A stretch of DNA of 64,000 bases from NCBI GenBank assembly GCA_036172245.1, contig JAYWIR010000008.1, positions 1,674,001-1,738,000 on the forward strand, given 5' to 3'. This document shows positions 62,356 to 64,000 of this stretch, in pieces. The stretch comes from Raillietiella orientalis. Taxonomy: Eukaryota. The notes under the pieces were generated by a model, which saw only the letters and a list, made by a program, of their open reading frames with translations, ran no database searches and was not told the origin of the DNA. Positions within the stretch are counted from its first letter, which is position 1. The number at the start of each line of letters is the position of its first letter. The translations under genes and the position numbers were made by a program.

Positions 62356-62807
62356 GAAATCCGGATCCACGGCACACTCAACAGGCAGCCTCAGCAGGGA
62401 GCCGAAGATCCCAGCAAGGAGTCCTTCGAAGCCGAACAAATGAGGCAGGGATACGCGTGTCCCCTTATGGAACCGGATCAGAAGGGAGAACCAGGGGTTC
62501 GGGACCCGTCGCTAATGCGATCCCAGGTGGATATTACTCGTCGGGAGCACTCACGGGACACTCAGTGCAATGGAGATCAGATGCTGGGTCGAGGAACCTC
62601 CTTCAGATGTCAGAGGATATGCCGACTTTCGCTGCAAAACCAGATCTTCCCTTGAATGCACCTGCGGCTTTATTTTTCGCTCACTTTTCCCTTGCGAGGG
62701 GAACAGTTGAACCTGAGTATCATTTCGAGATTGCCTCTGACCGCTGCGTTTCAAATGTTGCTCCTTCCCAAGACTCCTCCATTCCCGGTCCCGCAGGACT
62801 TGCATGA
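62097..62807 (+). pseudogene. probable pseudogenised ORF of an unknown multi-copy family
   Basis: A single frame reads MRRTTPEVTFYLENYTHFRVAWNSVEELREPPGERRFLKYSAK*KKAETK… into ORF 62319..62807, with one TGA at 62226. The paralog at 48.3-48.4 kb gives PRITS*LE / SHTHPRVG* / DSAKELHE and has CGA at the aligned stop position. Confidence 0.4.
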
Positions 62808-62938
62808 GCTCTGGAAATATATCCTGCAAAGCATATTCCGTCTAGAAAAAAAAAAAAAGATTGGGCATCCTCAAGGGCACCCCATCATCTCTCTGATCCT
62901 GATGCACACCTTGTGCCTGGGAGGCAGGGCAAGCTGGA

Positions 62939-63078
62939 CGAGTGCAGTGGGATCCCCAGACCGGCTTAGGTACTCCATCACAGCCTAAGATGAGTAGTCT
63001 ATCCTGGGTTAGCTGTCACCAAGAATTACCTCAGAAGACGGGAATTTTCTCCCCAGATTCCTTGCACCTCACCCCTTG
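62939..63078 (+). repeat. 140-bp inverted repeat D, left arm
   Basis: About 83% identical to the reverse complement of 63779-63917, including an identical TCTATCCTGGGTTAGCTGTCACCA. Confidence 0.96.
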
Positions 63079-63079
63079 C

Positions 63080-63161
63080 CCTTCAGAAAAAAACGAGAGA
63101 CCGCGGAGAGGTCGCTCAAGGCACCCCTTGCACGCTACGGTCTCTTGCTTTTTTCTGAAGG
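63080..63161. other. hairpin, 24-bp arms (22/24), 34-nt loop
   Basis: CCTTCAGAAAAAAACGAGAGACCG-N34-CGGTCTCTTGCTTTTTTCTGAAGG. Confidence 0.92.
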
Positions 63162-63580
63162 CGCCAGAAGCTTGCAGATCTTTGATCGGAAAGGCGCAAC
63201 CTCAGCGGGTCCACCAAGCGCATCATCCCGGTAGGTACGTAAGGTCGTTCATCTGGTGCGTCTTCCGAATTCACCGTGTGGACGCCCTGCACTCTACAAG
63301 ACCTTCGTCTGTCGGGGGCTCGGCGGCAGAGACAGCACCCGTCCCTAGGGCATGGAAGAGATGTCTCCAGCTCTCCTGACCTGTCCTCTCGACGCCGGAG
63401 GGGCGATGGCATCGCTGCTGTCTCCTGGGACGGACTCCTCCTTAGAGGTTTGACCGGGTGGATGGCAGCTTCGCCCCTCTGGCCGTTCGACCAAAAACTG
63501 GCAGCAAACGTCAGACGCTTAAGCGTCACCCAGTCCAAGAGCCGGACCAATTCATCGACCAAGAACGCGCGAGTGTTCAA
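63116..63580 (-). CDS. possible hypothetical ORF (154 aa) between the arms of inverted repeat D
   Basis: The N-terminal part looks amphipathic (RAFLVDELVRLLDWVTLKRLTFAASFW). The start codon is non-ATG and no domain is recognised. Confidence 0.12.
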   Translation of the reverse strand: MNTRAFLVDELVRLLDWVTLKRLTFAASFWSNGQRGEAAIHPVKPLRRSPSQETAAMPSPLRRREDRSGELETSLPCPRDGCCLCRRAPDRRRSCRVQGVHTVNSEDAPDERPYVPTGMMRLVDPLRLRLSDQRSASFWRLQKKARDRSVQGVP

Positions 63581-63701
63581 TGTCCGAACCTGAGATTCCT
63601 CTCATACTCAGCACGATTTCCATGGAAATAACCATTCATCAGCAGGATAAAACTAACAACGAAACCTCCGGGCATTCTCTGGAGCATTTATCTCCTCTAT
63701 G

Positions 63702-63732
63702 ATAGCCTGCGCCGACGGCGGCTGCAGGCTAT
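63702..63732. other. hairpin, 13-bp stem with 1 bulge
   Basis: ATAGCCTGC-GCCG-ACGG-CGGC-T-GCAGGCTAT. Confidence 0.7.
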
Positions 63733-63778
63733 TGGGCGCCCAAACCCTTCCGAGCTCACAGACCGCGGAGAGGTAGCA

Positions 63779-63917
63779 CAAAGGGTGAGGTGCAGGCATT
63801 TGGAGAGGAAATTCACGCCCTCCGAGGCGCTTCCTGGTGACAGCTAACCCAGGATAGATCGCTCGTCTTAGGCTGTGCTGGGGCACCCAAGCCGGCCTGG
63901 GAATCCCACTGCACTCG
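63779..63917 (-). repeat. 140-bp inverted repeat D, right arm
   Basis: Partner of 62939-63078. Confidence 0.96.
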
Positions 63918-64000
63918 GTACAGGCATGTGATTGACCCTCCCGCTCGTCAGAACCTGAGGAAACTGCCAGCCTTGGGCGGCAGCGATGGCGGCGAGCCAG

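Noticed and set aside
1..64000. Telomeric repeats, rRNA genes, and assignment to a specific organism
   Set aside because: Only isolated TTAGGG/TTTAGGG words occur, no rRNA conserved motifs were seen, and a single CAG tract plus base composition is not diagnostic of a taxon.

Overview
No gene, RNA gene, CRISPR array or canonical transposon protein (reverse transcriptase, integrase, transposase, tyrosine recombinase, polB) can be recognised in this window. The many overlapping ORFs are mostly what GC-rich DNA gives by chance. The sequence looks like eukaryotic, gene-poor, repeat-derived DNA; the organism cannot be identified from the sequence alone. It starts with a ~31-copy 44-bp tandem array with higher-order structure (69-1432). 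The rest is a mosaic of GC-rich modules, several present twice or more, mostly in inverted orientation: (1) a ~99.5%-identical 1286-bp pair, 10958-12243 / 23776-25061, enclosing 11.5 kb; (2) a nested ~170-bp pair, 18521-18691 / 21041-21207; (3) a pair at 32.7-33.3 kb / 54.5-55.1 kb with a ~97% core in diverged flanks; (4) a decayed, apparently once-coding pair at 48.2-48.7 kb / 61.7-62.4 kb; (5) a 140-bp pair at 62939-63078 / 63779-63917; (6) a four-member family at 4.5, 8.5, 9.8 and 29 kb. There are also several long palindromes and hairpins, including a perfect 21-bp-arm palindrome at 16629-16671, and a perfect 60-bp tandem duplication. The most interesting signal is this architecture of inverted repeats, possible gene conversion and template switching, not any single gene. 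All identities were counted by eye and are approximate.
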